From Octopus sinensis (taxonomy: Eukaryota): a stretch of 64,000 nucleotides of DNA. The notes beneath the pieces were generated by a model. The model ran no database searches. It was not told the DNA's origin and worked only from the letters and a program-made list of their open reading frames with translations. The position numbers and the translations under genes were made by a program. The DNA lies in contig NW_021835991.1 in assembly GCF_006345805.1 (NCBI RefSeq), forward strand, positions 442,137-506,136, given 5' to 3'. Positions 63,860 to 64,000 of the stretch are shown here, one piece after another. Numbering within the stretch: position 1 is the stretch's first letter; the number at the start of each line of letters is the position of its first letter.

Positions 63860-64000
63860 ATTTAGAGGTAAATAAACGTGCAATTAACCAGTCACGCCTC
63901 TTGTTGAATATCCTTACAAAAAAATTTAATTTGTTTTAAACCGAGCAATCTTGTTTGAGTTTTTATATCGCTTACCCTGCTCACAAAAGTGATTAAAATA

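Overview
AT-rich eukaryotic genomic DNA in the standard genetic code, with extremely short spliceosomal introns (mostly 20-30 nt). The axonemal dynein and animal-type transposons suggest a ciliated, compact-genome animal; a dicyemid-like mesozoan fits but the sequence cannot prove it. Host genes: a full DNAH6-type axonemal dynein heavy chain (minus, 49.7-62.9 kb, about 65 tiny introns), two copies of a large coiled-coil gene, two copies of a chromo-shadow-domain-only HP1-like gene, two small RING-H2 genes and three copies of a divergent ~142-nt U1 snRNA. Two duplications shape the window: 1-10902 matches 27793-39777, and a 9.06-kb tandem unit (32909-41964 / 41965-50917) carries U1, an RTE-type reverse transcriptase ORF and the dynein 3' end. 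A back-to-back Helitron pair with a ~6-kb array of 95-96-nt repeats lies where the first duplication ends. There are also hAT (Buster), Tc1/mariner-like and LINE relics. Several -1 frameshifts fall in homopolymer runs, so indel errors in the assembly are likely.
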